Assembly: GCA_030141605.1 (NCBI GenBank)
Contig: JAQGDQ010000029.1
Location: 124,001 to 188,000, forward strand
DNA: 64,000 bases
DNA from: Tubiluchus corallicola
Taxonomy: Eukaryota; Animalia; Priapulida
Reading direction: 5' to 3'
Each line of letters begins with the position of its first letter. Positions within the stretch are counted from its first letter, which is position 1. Made by a program: the position numbers and the translations under genes. Below, in pieces: positions 32,484-47,300 of this stretch. The notes beneath the pieces were generated by a model that had not been told where the DNA came from, searched no databases, and was given only the letters and a program-made list of their open reading frames with translations.

Positions 32484-35400
32484 ATGAAGAAAATATATTT
32501 ATTCAAGAAAACCTGATTGAGTAAAGGTCTTGAATGATGATTTTAAATTTAAAATTAAGAAAAAGAAATGCATGTAAGGACACGAACATATAAATTTGCA
32601 GATATATACAAAAACCATACAAACATTGGGACTTGATGCATAAAGAAAAATAAGCAGAAACACAAAAAAGAAAGCTAAAATTACAATCACAAAAGAACCT
32701 AAAATAAGCAAAAAAGCTTTGACATGTTAAAAAGGCGAAATAAAAATACATGGAATAAAAACAAATTAAAGCAAATATAAAAGCACTTACAATAAAATTC
32801 CAAAAATTAAAAAAAAAGAAAGATAAGATTACAAGTAAATGAAAAATGTCATATAGAACATAGCTAATATAAATCAAATAAAACAATAACATTAAAAGCA
32901 AATTCACTGAAAATCAAAATTCCACTTGTGTAAGCGATATTCAGTTATGAAATGCTAAATATATTGGACTTTTATATTCTAGCATCAAATTATCAAGAAA
33001 AAGTCCAAAAATACTAAAAATTAAATTTTACAACCACGTGCCTATTTCTCTGCCTAGAGACTGGTAATGTAATTGTAAAAAATTCCTATTTTCAAACTCC
33101 GAATGTAGCTCGTGGAAGCTGCCATTTTGCTTCGGATTTTTTCTGTTGCTAAGCCCAGTTCTTTGTCAGAAAGAGCCATCTACTGGATTTAAACATAACT
33201 TCAATGTATTTTTAAGAAGTCCGTAGCAACCAAAGTTTGCACGGTTGCTAAGTATTTTGTAGAGACGCGACAAAAAACAATGGCTGACTTCAATCAGCGT
33301 TTTTCTCAAGATTACGCCTTTCCGTGCATTGCCTGCACCTCAACTTCAATGTGGATTATCTCGGCTTAGAAATAACATAGAGCAGTGAACTTGGTATCGG
33401 AATGATCCTCATGAAATAGAGATTCAAGATATGTGAATAACTGGAAAAACTTGATTGTCAACTTATAGGCGATTTTGCTATGCAGGCACACAATTTTTAT
33501 TCTTTATGTACTTAATTTTAGTTTCTTGAACTAAGCCAGACGCACTCTGTAAGCCTTATTACTATGAGTAAGGTAACAGAATTAAAAACAAAGGTAAACA
33601 TGCCAGCCATAACCGCACGTAGTACTCCATTTCACATCCACTTGTTTCGGGAAATTAATTATCTGCATTGTGTCCGCGTACAGCAATATTTTAATTTGAA
33701 ATGGTTACAAAATTGTTCCTTTGGTAATAGTGTTGATATAGTCAAAAATACTGCCCAACATACAGAGTAAACGAACAGTTTTAAAGCAAAAAATACTTAC
33801 AACGCAACTTATTTTTATCTGTCGTCTGCCGAACACGTCAATGCTGCCATCTAGTGTAAAATACCGTAGTAAAACACTCTTCTAACCATTGTTATACTGA
33901 TATACTCATAGTTATAATACTATTGCAAATATGAACAAGTATGCTGAATACTTGAGGATGACCAATGAAAAGTTAGCACTTGAAAACGGAGCTAATATGT
34001 AGTAACAAAAATTAAACGAAACAAAAGGCTGTGGTAGAAATAAGTGATGATGTGCACAGTGAAGGAAGTGATGATGATGGTGACGAAAGGCTGATATGAA
34101 CGAAAGTTAATGATAATCGTCATCACATTAGTGAAAGTGATAAAGGTATTATGCAATCAAGTGCGAAAAAATATGCAGATACTATGCACAAAGGCTCTAC
34201 TGCCGGTTTGAAGACAGGTGTGAGTTCCGACATTACTTGTTAAAAGGTGAGCATATTGAAGATCTAAGGTTTACTAGGAGTACAATATCCCAGCAGAGAA
34301 CTATTGTGTCGCACATTTCAAATAGGTCTATAGTGTGAACGCAGGAGTAATTGTTAGTATAGATATTATATTTATTTGCCAGGTGAGGAAAGAAATCGTG
34401 GAAATAGAAAAGATAGGAATCTGGCAAAAGCAGAGAATTTTATTGGAACTTTGAACAAGAGATGGAATTTCCAAGAAGTGACCGTTGTAGATTCAGACAT
34501 AGATATACTGATTGAGAAAACAAAGAATACGAAGAAGGAAAGTGGGTGCCTAGTTACCAAAGAAACCATAACACAAATAGATTGGGATACAGGCAAAGAC
34601 TTTTCAAAGCAGAAATGAGTTTTCAGTAAATGTAGATAATGTAGATAGTATAAGGGAAAAATCAGTTAGAAGAGCTAAACAGCAAAGTAAATTTTTTAGT
34701 GCAAAGACTAGATCCAGGAGAAGGTCATACATATATCCCCCAATCGAGATATAAATTGAATTATGTCCACGGGCAATATTATTGAATGGATTAACAGCAA
34801 ATAGGGGCTCAACAAGTCAATTCCCAATAGCAAATAAGCCTAAGGGAAATAAAAAAAAGACAGAATATCAGCAAGAAAAAGAAAAAATATAGATATTTCG
34901 AAATTTTATATATAGTGTAAACATTTGGGGTATTAAATCTAAATTAAAATTCTTAAAAGAAATTCTTTATAAAAAGAATCCAGTCGTAATGGCAATAGTC
35001 GAAACACACTTGCTTAATAACAAAACCATTGAGTTTCCCGCTTAACTAACGCAGATACGTTCGGGACGCTTTCCGTCTAACACTGCTATGAAAAATGCTC
35101 AACTTTTCATTAGTCAACGTAAGCAGTATTGCCTGCTTCTAGATTTTAATATTGTCAATTGAAATTGCAAGTGAATTAGTGGAAATATATAGACTAGTTT
35201 CGTTTACAGAAAGTAGTGTACAAAATTTAACACCTATGAGTTGCTGATAAATCATGTTGCAGTCAAGAAAATACGCAGTTCAGTTTAGTTTATTGCTTTG
35301 CTAGTTAGATGAAAACAACTATTGGATTAACTTTAAATTAGGACAAAACAAAGTGTGTTCTTTTCTGGCCAGTTTTTAAAAACCTCGATGAGATCTTCAC

Positions 35401-35975
35401 AGTCATAATTAATTCAAATGTGGTCAAAACCTATATTATACATCAATGTAATATTGGTCAATTTTACGCTATTTTTCTGGTTATAATTATAGTTAAAAGA
35501 TGCTATTGGGACTTGTGTAACTCCGGCATTCAATATAAGGCTCGTCTATGGGAATCGGACAATCAAAGTTATTCCATTTCCTTAACTTAAAAAACGGAAT
35601 AATACAAGAACTCAATAAATCTTGCAGACAAGCACATGATCAATTAATATTGGAAAAATACATCGCAAGCATGAATGATATTTGTATGTTCAAAGGCAAG
35701 AGAGACTTAATGTTTTTGTTGCTCATTTATTGTAAAGCAGGGCTAACTGGCTTAGTTTCTTCATTATACTTGTCTCTGTATTCTGTAGTGCTTTGAAGCT
35801 TCGTCTCTACATTTGAAACCTCGTCTTTAGATTCTGTTTAAATTAATAATTCAATTTTTTACCTACTTGAAGTGTTAATTTCGTGAAAAAATAGCTGCTG
35901 CTCTGCAAATTTGTGTTTATGAGGAAGTGCAATCAGTTTATTTGCTGATTAGATTTTAATTGTGACTGTCATATT

Positions 35976-36067
35976 GTTTAGTTTAGCTTAGTTTAGTTTA
36001 GCTTACCTTAGCTTAGCTTAGCTTAACTTAGCTCAGCTTAGCTTAGCTTAGCTTAGCTTAGTTTAGT
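35976..36067 (+). repeat. (TTTAG/CTTAG)n pentanucleotide microsatellite
   Basis: About 18 units, within the insertion that interrupts the LINE endonuclease. Confidence 0.9.
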
Positions 36068-37230
36068 TGAGACAGTTGTTGTCCAGCATGAGCTGTTGTC
36101 CCGAATGCTGCTGTGTGTGCTTACGTTGCAGGGGAGGCGGAGCGATAGGCCAATATGTTTGACGTCAATTGGTTTGTTGGTACAATAGTCTTGACAATTG
36201 TTCAGGATTGTGGACAAAGGTTCAAGATAGCCAGAAATCTATTATCGATTATGTGATAGCGAGAGGAAATGATATTAATGCAGTCGATTATATGCTCACA
36301 GATGAAGACTAACACTATGGGTCTTTCTATGTAAAGAAAAAAAGGAAAAAAGTGTGTTTATAGTGATCATGACACTATTTTGGTTGGAATTAATTGAAAA
36401 AAAGTTTACAGCAGACGAGAAAAAAAGGACGAAGGGAATTTTATAGTAAATGAGACAAATCTTACTAAGTTTAAAAACATAACTGATAGAAGCGCTTTAA
36501 GAAAAATATGGGATGAAGATGATAATATTCAATCAAAATATACAAAATGGCAAACAGAAATTAGTTCTGTTATGAATACATGTTTTACAACATGCAGAAA
36601 AATAAAACAAAATAATAACTTGAAAGTAGTTAGACTGATAACGAAACAAAAAAAATTATTGAAACAAGAATCGAACATAAAATCGGAAAATAGCATAATG
36701 TTGAAAGTACAAAAACAAAGAATAATCGAAATGATATTTAGATATCACAATTTTAGTTTGTTAGTAAAATTAATAAAACTGCTCAGATGATTAGACAAGA
36801 AAATGGAATAAAGTCAAATGCTTTATGGGAACTTTACAAAAAGATTAAAGAGAATATGGTATGAATTAGAAATGCTGATATGAAGTTCTTATAGAAAGCC
36901 CAGCTGAAATATTAAAAGAGTTTGAAAATTTTTATGAGCACCTACTACTATAATAAATAATGAATGCAGAATTATACGTATTATTTGGAGATGTTGAAAA
37001 GTGTTTTGACCGATTATGGCTACAAGATTGCATTTATCAATTATGGAAATTAGGATTTAATTCTCGTGACACATTATTAGTTTATAAGCTCAACTGTGAA
37101 GCTAATGCCAAAATTAACACACCTAATGGATTTACTAAAAGTATTAAACTAACTGAAAATGCAAAACAGTGCACCCCAATAGGACCAACACTACGTGGGA
37201 TAACTATGAACGATATAATAGATATACAGC

Positions 37231-37493
37231 TGTGGTCACAGAAGCACTGTCAACAGAGGTTAATACCACTGAATGTTTTATTGTAACATAATCACAGTAC
37301 ATAAATGTCCCACATATCCCATAAAGTGGATTAACCTGACTGTTCAGAGTACAGGTGAGTAAAACAGACAGGTGACTAGCAGGTAACAAACAGAAAAACT
37401 GGCCAAAACCAAAAGCTTTGCATACCCGCCACAGATGGCGCCTCGTGCACGAATTTGTAAGCAAGATTAACAAAAAATGCTAAATCTGCTACA
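37231..37493 (-). mobile_element. 263-bp solo LTR inside LINE RT
   Basis: TG...CA ends, TSD ACAGC (37226-37230 and 37494-37498), and AATAAA on the minus strand. Its removal restores MNDIIDIQHHPATMFGPDLEIGTLLYVGD in frame. Confidence 0.85.
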
Positions 37494-39147
37494 ACAGCAT
37501 CATCCAGCGACAATGTTTGGCCCTGATTTAGAGATTGGTACTCTGTTATACGTGGGTGACGTGTTATCAGTAGGGACTGCAGAAACAGTGGTTGAAGCGG
37601 CAGAGAATTTTAGGGAGATAGAAACTCAAAAAGTGACGACCTTTAACTTAAAAAAAAACAAAATACATGGCAACTAATGTGACAAAAAAGAGAAACAATA
37701 AATAACTAATATTGAATGTAAAAAATGGCCAAATTAAACGAACTCATAAATATAAATACTTGGGAGATTGGTTTGGTAGCAAAAATAATTATCAGCTTAT
37801 GTTTGAAAAAAGAAAAGATAAAATGAAATTTATGATTTTAGAAATAATAAACATTGGTATTGGATCTAAAGGGGGGAACTACTGTTACAGCTGTTCGGTT
37901 AATGCTGTATGAAAGCGCAGGAATACCATCAATAATCAATAATGCTGAGACTTGGACCAATCTCACCTAAACAGATTTAGATAAATTAGAAGCATACAAA
38001 AAGAAGCACTAGTAAACATTTTATGTCAAAAAGATAATACGCCATATTGGGGCATGTTATGTGGCCAATGATTTGTAGAGTAGACTATAAAAAATTAATG
38101 TATTATCATCTGTTAATGAACTCACATGATGAAAGAATGGCAAAACAGGTTCTAAAAGTGCAAATAAATAATAACTTTAATAAATGTTGGTATTCAAAAA
38201 TCAAACAAATCATGAATAAATATAATATTGATGTAAATGCAGTGGATATAAATGCAATAACCAAATCTAGATGGAAAACGCATGTAAAGAATAAAATTCT
38301 TTTATTTACAGAAAAAGAACTTAAAACTAAAATAGAAACTATGACAAAATTGAGATTTTTAAAAAACAGAATTTCCAAAGAGAAATGTATGTCGAAAAAT
38401 GTAGGCTAGACAAAATGAAAGATATTATGGCAATTGCACTTAATATGATAGATGTCAAAGCAAATTTTAGAAATCTGCATAAAAGCAATCTGAAATGTTT
38501 TTTATGTCAGGTAGCAGAGGATGCTACTGAGTATATCAACAAGTTGGGCCCATCTGCGCAAGATACAAGTGAATGGAACATAGATAAATTACTACTGGCT
38601 AGGATGTATGTTTAAAAATATAATTAAAGACGAGTGAACATTAAAGGCAAGTTGACGCAAAAAATATTTGGTGTGACTCGTAAATCAAGTTGATCATGTT
38701 GTTGATCTCGCAAACAGACAATTTTTATTGATGTCTGTTTGCGCGCCACTGGTGGTGAAGCGGATCGAGCTTATCCACGGTATCCACGGTATAGCTGCCT
38801 TGACAACATTCGCTACAACTATTCATTGTACACCAGAGAGACTTTCTCAAGCACATCTTTATCAATATAGCTTAAAGTTGAATCCGCACCACATTGTTAA
38901 GTAATTGCCTCTGTGGCACATCAAGCTCATTGAGGAGTTCGGAAACGCATCTTGCTTAAAATAGTTTGAGCATCAGACCTATTCTTAGAGTTTCATGCTT
39001 TTCAGGGAAAGTAAATAGGATTGTAACAGGTTTCCATAGACTGCAGTAAATCTGTTGCAAACACCCGACACTGGGCCTACGGTTAATATTTACATACAAT
39101 GCCAATTCTGTTATGTCTTAGCAATTGCTTTCAAAAAGCTGCTGCTT

Positions 39148-39259
39148 ACAATGCAACTATTTTTTTTAATTAGATGAACACAAACTGAGAAGCACGTATG
39201 GTCACAATGCAACTATTTTTTTTTATTAGATGAACACAAACTGAGAAGCACTTATGGTC
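39148..39259 (+). repeat. Tandem duplication of a 56-bp unit
   Basis: ACAATGCAACTATTT...GATGAACACAAACTGAGAAGCAC(G/T)TATGGTC twice. Confidence 0.9.
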
Positions 39260-42200
39260 TAAGTTGCATATAACAAGATATTATTATTGCCCGTTTCAAG
39301 TACTTGCACTAGAACGTGAACCGATACGTCTAGTCAAAATTAGATGGCTAGCAACTGGTGAGCGACACGTGCAAGTTAAATTTTCTGCTATCCCTAATCT
39401 TCATCCTACTTTAGTTAGCTAAATGGTGAAAAAGCTTACCGGATGTTGGATATCAAAAGTGAATAATGGTTTTTTAGCTGAGATATCGTCTTCATTTTTT
39501 GTGCCTTCTTCAGTGCTTGATATCCTTCGGAGTCAAAGACTCTCACTACGTAAGTGCCAGCCGGAGCTTCAGAATGCTCACCAACCCAACTAAACTGAAA
39601 CAGTTTAAATAATCATTTAAAAAAATGAGACCAATCTGCCTTTCCACTCTCTTCTTTATACATTATATTGTTGACACCTAAGAACAGTAACCATTGTTAG
39701 AAACACGATAATTAATGTCTCTTGTTTTAGTATGGTGTTACTGTTCATATTGTTCATGAAAAATGCATTGCTTTCAAAACAAAACTGTTACCAAAAAGAG
39801 AAAAAGACCGAGGACAATGAAACAAATAATTTCCACATATGACAAAAAACCTGTTTGTACAGTTATCCATAATTAGCATCAATCTAACGTGAGCCTGGTA
39901 CCAAAATGAAGCAATGAAAACAATGAAGAACTAATTCTTAATGATAAGGATTGGAACAACTAATAAAAAATATTTGCTCAATATTTTACAGAGGAATTTT
40001 TACACATGGTGAAAAATTGTTTAAAACAATTAATTTAATGACATGAAATGTGTAAAACATTCTTAAAATAGTTAAACACTAATGCCAGCATAAATAGTTA
40101 AATACTAACTTGACAAATTAATTGCAAAGTTGACAATAAATTTTGCTTGGCAAATTGATGCTTTGAAGAAACGTGGCTTCTATTCTGACCACAGAAACAA
40201 ACAACCCTTTAACATCCTCTTCACCTCATGTTTATACGTAAATTGATTTCAGTTTGTAGTGACTATCTGGCCAATGTTTAGAGCTGCCCATTCGGTAAAC
40301 AAAAGCGGGCAGTATGGGATGTTGGGTGACTTTGCACATGTGCTTCATAGCTGAAGTTAAGCAGTGTTGAGCCATCCGTGCACTAGATGGGTGAACACAT
40401 TTAATACACACTCTGGGTAGCTTCATTGGGAATGCTAGTAATGGCTGAATATGTATGTCAGGGATGTTATATGATACAAATTTAGCGATACGATACTTTT
40501 CTCCAACAATATGATAACGATAAACTATATTTTAGACGATATTATTATGTGGTTCAGTGCTGAATACTTAAATGGTTGTTAGTTATGAAAAAAGTTTGTT
40601 TGTCATTACGATTCATAAGTAAATAAGCGGCGACAGAGAAACATATTACTGCATTATAATATTTATCAGCGAGCTGTACATGACTGGTAAAATGACACCA
40701 AAAACTCGATACAGTGTATTTGACATCTGCATGTCACTACCAAAGTGTATAAAGGGGTTTCTGTACTTTGTCAGTATGATTCAGAATGGATTTTAGCTGT
40801 TACTACCAACAGAAAGTACAAAAAATGATTCGGTGCCTGACAAGCTCCTAATTTTAAATAATTCGTTTTATCCAGTTCTTGGTGTCATTACTGCAAATAA
40901 ATAGAAAAGTGAAGCGATTAATTTTATAAAGGTAAGCGATAAGCAACAATATGTGCCAAATTCTGTACTATAATGATAGTACTAGAATAATATCGCTACG
41001 ACAATGATAAAAACAAATATTATGGTTGCAACTATTTAAGCTGCAACTATAATTGTTAGTGAATGAATTAACCTGAGCTAACCTGATACTTATCACCATC
41101 AACTGATTTGCTAATCGGAGTGATACGGTCATTCATCAAAGCGTACAATGGCAAATCCTAAAAAAGATATCTTCTTAAAGTGGACTACAGATAAACAGAA
41201 AATATTTAGAACAGTCAAAAGTAAAGCAAGTAAATTTTTAAAGCTACTATATTGAAAACCAGTTTTGACAAAAGACATGTTTAGAGATTGCCATTCGAAT
41301 TTCAATCAGCTAACACTCAGCAGCATGGAAACACAGACAGAAATAGTGGCAATGAAGAATAACGGACAACAATAAAAAAGAAAACGATTGACATCCATTA
41401 TTGAATTTTAGTTTTAAGCATTATTAGCTTTAATTTATTAGTCAAAATAAAGAAAACATCATCATGAAAATAAACTGAAAGAGGTAAGATATGTAAAAAA
41501 TAGATGTTATTTACAAGTTTGTAATGTTTTCACTTAGCGACTAGTGATGGAATTAGTACATGCCATTATTGCCTGGTTTAAAAATTCTAAATACTGGCAT
41601 GTTGATACTAAGTTTAGCAATCAGCCTACTGCAGGCTGTCATAGTCAGTATAAGTAACTTTCAATAAACTAACAATGACTTTTTAACTAGTGTTGTTACA
41701 ACTGGTTACCAAGGCAGACAATATATGTTTATAACGTTTTACTGACTGCCATAGATTTTCAACAATCGGCACACTTTTAATGAAAATGCGAGTGACGGAT
41801 CAGCAATCTTGATACAACAACAACCAGTGCCTTCACGTAGTGACTTAAGAATGTGGCAATATACGTATATTTAGCAGTTTCTCCAATTTTAATAAATAGT
41901 CATGTATTCGAGTTACTTTAACATGTAATACAAAAATAACAAGTAACCAATAAAGAATCATGTTTACTTAAACAATCAGCAGTTATCTGATTGAATTTAT
42001 TTCAATGTAATTGATGACTGTTTAAGTATATTATACTATAACGAAACTGATAATTAATTCATTGTTCTTAAGCATTAAAAGAAAACTGGACGATTGTGTA
42101 AACATGAGTTCAGAATAAAGAATGCTCTAAAATATTGAAAACTACAATAGCTTTTTTTAAATCAAAGCTTAGATTAAGTAATAATTACCTCGGATACCGT

Positions 42201-44178
42201 AATTTTGTCAAACCTTTAAAGCTACGAACAGCTTATTGAATCTACTAAGATTGGCATCGGTGCTTTTTGTCACATTCATGTGGCTGACAAATAGAAGATG
42301 GGGAACCGTGATAACCATGATCATGAACTGCAGCTTTAGTTTCTGACGTCATATGATAGAGAGACCATTTTTGTGACATCGCGCGTTTAAGCAGTAACAC
42401 TTACAAATAATTAGTAAAAAATATTCCCTCAAGTTAACTCGTAAATCTTCACCCTGATAGGCAGGCAAAGGTTTTTCTGAAATTGAAGATTTGATGTCCA
42501 GTAAATGTACATGTAAACTTTCATAAATGCTTTATTTCTATGATCAGATATGTGTTTCTTAATGCTCAAAGTTGTTTTAAGTTCAATAATATTTGTATGC
42601 TACTTTTTCAGGATTATTCATTGAGTCCATTAGTACTTGATTTACTTGCCAGTAAGCACACTGTCAACTACAGTTGATACTACTTAGCTTGACTTAGTTA
42701 ACAGAATTGTTTTCAGCTTTAAAGAAGGGAAGGTGTAACAATACCGTATGGTTAGTGTAGATCAAAGATCTCGGGGATTGCTCAGCAGCGTTCTGCATTC
42801 TAGACTATTTTGCTGTCCTGATCTTCTTTGTTTAAGTTCCTAATTAGATTAATAAATACTACTTTATTAAGCACGCATTCATCTGGTTGCTATTATTATT
42901 GTAGCGTGTAACAACTATAACATCAACTATGACGATCTCTGCCTGGCTTAGACAATTTTCTGTTGTTTAAAAAATTTTGTGGATTGCTAATCTTGGATTA
43001 ATTTTTAATAATTAAGAATCTTTAAACTCTAGAAATTTTGCGTCCGGTAACGATTGGACCCCTCCCCCCCCGCGCCTCTGTAGCATCCGCCTGCGAAGAC
43101 ACTATGTATTATTTTATTTTTAGATGTAATGATGTCTGATTTTTACCAAAGCTGATTATTTTTTAGTATTAATTTTACAATTTAATAAAGTACGCTGGTT
43201 GTTGTTCATTTTTTATGCAAAGCAGAGCTCAAATCCAAATCTCAAGGCATTCTTAAACACATTAGGGTTTTTCGCCTTCTAAAGTCTCACACTCAGCGCT
43301 AATTGACAACTGGCTACAAAGTGTGGACTTAACATTTCCTTTGCAGGTTACCTAATTTGGAAAACTTTTGCACCCTGAAGGTGTTTTCATTCACTGATTT
43401 GAATTTATAGCTACAGTTAATGAGCGGTGATATGTACGAGTAGTGACGAGCTACACAATAGTTGGCGATGATAATCTATGACTCTATACATTATTATAGT
43501 CAACGAATCTCCTTGTGTACAGCTATTTATGCATGAATGTAATATTGTATTAAATGTTAAATGAAATACCCAAATCGTCTATGGTCAGCACGTTCTTTTA
43601 CGTACGTGTAAATATCAACTAAGCGAGTAAGTGTATGTAAGAAAAGCAGAGTGAAACAAGTTTGCAATATTCTTTGCTTTAAAGCAAATTATTGCCTCTG
43701 TTTGCCTATTTACAGTTTTATCAATTATTCATTATGAGCGGTTTCAGCCTAGGTGTTTAACTTAGATTATTTTAAAGCTAATTCCATTCCAAATTTAACA
43801 GTAGCAGACGCCGGAGTGAGTGATAAGGCAACTTCTCACGCGCAAGGCAGCCCAGACGATTAGTTTGATCCTGCTATGTAAGCACTGTTTGTCACGAATA
43901 TCGCACTTGGGTTTACATAATTGCCGTTATTACTATATTAAAGAAATCTTCTACTGTCAGTAACATTTAAGTTTGTTAATGTGCAAAAATGATGCGTACA
44001 GTTATGTTAGCTTGTATTCTAGGCTCCCGTTTGTATTATACATGTGAATATGTACACACGCCGTAAAGTGAGTTTCAAATCAAAGGGGATGCAAAGTACT
44101 GAATTCACAGGTCTAATAAATTCCATGTTTGGGTCACAACTCACATGCCAATGAAACGATCGATAAATTCGGCAGCGG

Positions 44179-44231
44179 TGACGTCATTACTACAAACTTC
44201 CGGGAGTGGTAAATGTTATGCGAGTGAGTCA
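44179..44231 (+). promoter_or_regulatory. CRE + ETS + AP-1 motif cluster upstream of Elk exon 1
   Basis: TGACGTCA at 44179-44186, ACTTCCGG (=CCGGAAGT) at 44196-44203, TGAGTCA at 44225-44231, 150-200 bp before the predicted ATG. Confidence 0.6.
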
Positions 44232-44380
44232 TACGCACGGCACTGGGGTTGAATTTGGAAAATGCTCTCCGCGTATCGATTTCACTAACGCGCGCGTTGA
44301 GTTTAACTGCAGCCTGCACTTTCTTAAATGAGGTGTATTTTTGTTTCGTGTGATTTCTAAATGATTAACAAGCTTATCAA

Positions 44381-47300
44381 ATGACGGAAATATCAGGTAA
44401 AAATAAGTGTTTTAAAAGTTTACTATTGGAACCTTACTAATAAGGAAATGACTACTTATTCTGTGAACGATTCATTATTGCCGTTGTGCCATTTAATTGT
44501 TCTTAACTGAGACACGAATTCAAGACGATTTTGCATTAATTTTTTAAGTGTAATGTTCAACTGTTTATCGAATTTTCAAATATTTTAATCGGCTAACCTA
44601 GGGTGTCTGGCCGGAAAGCAGGTCTTGAGTTTGAACGCGGTACATGATTAATATTCTATACTTATAGTTGGATTTTGAAATACATAAACACCTTGTTCTT
44701 TTCGTCTAAATTTGTCTTAATTTTGTACCGGTAAAGATGTGATGTAAAATTGTGATATCATGTAAATACGATTACAAGCACGCGACCAAATTCATTGCGC
44801 TCATTAAAAATAACTAAATACTGGCTTGTCGCAGTTTTGTTTTCAAATTAAAATTAGCTTTTTGAAGAGTTGCTTTTCCTGTGTTCTAGACTCGGATGAA
44901 AGTCAAGCCAGTGCTGCGTCATCATCATCAGCAGCAGGAAACCAGCGGAACAATATGAACATCGATAGCTTAGGTAAGATTTTTATACGCTTTTTAATTC
45001 TATGTGGAATTCAAAAGATTATAAACGTATCTGTATCTATGGGATCTATGCGTGTGTATGTAAACGTACGTATGTATGCATGTCAGAATAACTTATTAAC
45101 ATTTTGCTGCATACTTAGAATGTATATTCATGGGTCAGGCTCTTGCAGTGATATTTGGTCTGGCATGCGTTCAGTAGTTGTACGCGTGTTCAGAACTTTT
45201 TAAGCAAATATCTCTGATTATGGTATTGGCACAGAGACCTACCATTGCCACGGTAAACATACTGAACATTCCACTTCTGCTGGATGGACGTGAACATGCT
45301 TATATCTAGATGTAAATATGGTTTTAGCCTTTTTTTATCACAGTAAAAATAATTAGTCTAGCTTTAATTATGGTAGTTGCGTCTCCCTGTCATCACATCT
45401 TCTCGTTTCTTGTAGTGAAGCTTGTCTTAGCTGTTGCTGAGACTTCTTATCGCTAATAATTAGCCGCGCTCTTGTTTTTCTTTCAAATGCCAAATGTAAC
45501 AGGGATAAGTCAAAACTAGATAACCAACCTAAAGTGAACATTCTCTGTTAAGTTTTTGAGTGTTTGGCGTCTTGCTGTCAACATAAACAACTTGCTGGTG
45601 ATAGTCAGATGATCCCAAGTCTGTGATGTTGATCCATATAAAGTCAGGTGATCACTGTACATTGGTGTATCATGTCGGCTATATTTGCTGGTGTTATAGT
45701 AACTATTGTTGCACAATTGTTCTTCGCTTGAGTGTTTGTAATATCTACATTAGCAAACTATACAGAGTGTCAAAAAGTAGCTCAGTAAGGCTGCCAGTGC
45801 CAAGTCATAAATAGAACATTATAAAAATTAAAAACGAAATTTACTATATTTTACTCCTCTGTGAACTGGTCCCCCCGTTTTGGCAGCCTTCACCTCCAGT
45901 CAGTTCTTCAGGCGACGTGTCAAACTTCTGACTCACTCTCGCAGGCAACTGAGATGAATTTTCAGAGAAAACAACAAACAAACGAAACCTGTTGAAAATA
46001 TTATCAAGTCGGATTCCGACTACTGTTTTAGCAGCTGGCTTTTTATTATTATTAATCCCAAAATTTTAATTATAAAATATTATAAAAACGTCATTAAAAT
46101 AATCACATTATAATACATAATTATTATGTTGTCAACCATGATTAATTATTATATTATAATATACAGGCCTATTAAAATTGTTCAATCACCAGTTATGTAC
46201 ATGTACATCTAAGTTGACTTTTGACATTGTACCTTTGAGTCGGGTCTGTTAGGGTTAAGTTTCCGTGCGTCTAGAAAGTTTCGTGCTTGCTTGCGCAGTT
46301 TACGGATGTTAGATTACGCGTTGCCCTAAAGCAAACACGTTTTAAGAGGGAGCGGTAACTGTAGTCTGTCGCATTCTAGGAATTAAACATCCGTCATGGA
46401 CTCGTAGGAGGTCTTATGTGTAACTTTGTACCAAATCGTAACCTAATAAAAGTGATGGGGAAATAACATGCTAGTTGACTTAAGAAGCACAAAAGATTGT
46501 GTTGTAGAGGCGCAGGCCGGAAATCGCACTTTTGTCTACACTGATCTACACTTTATTCACCCACGCGTTAGATATCAAGGACAGCAATATAATTAATCCA
46601 GCAATGATTAATATAATTAATCATAATTATAATAATGTTATAATATTATAATAATAATGTTATACTGTAATATTATAATAATAATGTTATAATATTATAA
46701 TAATGTTATAATAATATTATAACGTTATTATAATAATGTTATAATATTATAATAATGTTATAATTAATATAATTAATCCAGCAATACAATTATATTTATT
46801 ATATCTCTTGACTATTTTTGGGCCTAGATTATAGAAACTTCGTGCTAGATCATAACAACTTAATCCTAATAAATTTAGGCTTAAGATGAACTTTGATTTG
46901 ACTAGCAACTTTTTATATACGGTCCTCATCAGCATCGTCATTAACACCGTATTATAAAATGCTTAGTCAACGCTAGCTATCGTCATAATTGCCATTATAT
47001 AAACTATTTTATAGCCATCATCAGCAGTGTGCATACCGTCTGGTAAGTAAAGAGAGCCCAATGCAGGTTCAGCTTGACTCAGGACAACTATAAACTTCTG
47101 TTCTAGAGTGATTATGATGGCGATGGTTATTGTAAAGTTGACTATTATAAAGACAATAACAGCCACGAAAAATGATATAATGACGATTATGATTATGTTA
47201 ATGATCATGATGATCCTGATGTCATATGATACTACTATGCAAATCACAAATTGTTGAACATTGGTTTTCTCGAGTAAAAATTATTACCCGTTTTTTTTTT

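Larger units (their letters stand above)
33930..38620 (+). mobile_element. Long degenerate LINE (ORF1 remnant, APE endonuclease, RT), interrupted by insertions
   Basis: IYSVNIWGIKSK...AIVETHL at ~34905-35015; IDYVI and SDHDTI at ~36245-36380; FGDVEKCFDRLW; LLYVGDV (YVDD-like); YKYLGDW; terminal CFLC. The ORF1 assignment and the outer boundaries are approximate. Confidence 0.8.

Noticed and set aside
32499-32907. Hydrophobic 134-aa ORF resembling a membrane or mitochondrial protein
   Set aside because: Arises from T-rich low-complexity sequence, with no conserved motif.
38641-39645. Kolobok-like DNA transposon (TTAA-AGGCA start)
   Set aside because: The putative right TIR matches poorly and lacks the TTAA TSD, so it is not supportable by eye.
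46963-47247. Ile/Val-rich ORF antisense in the Elk intron
   Set aside because: Degenerate ATC/ATT trinucleotide-rich sequence.
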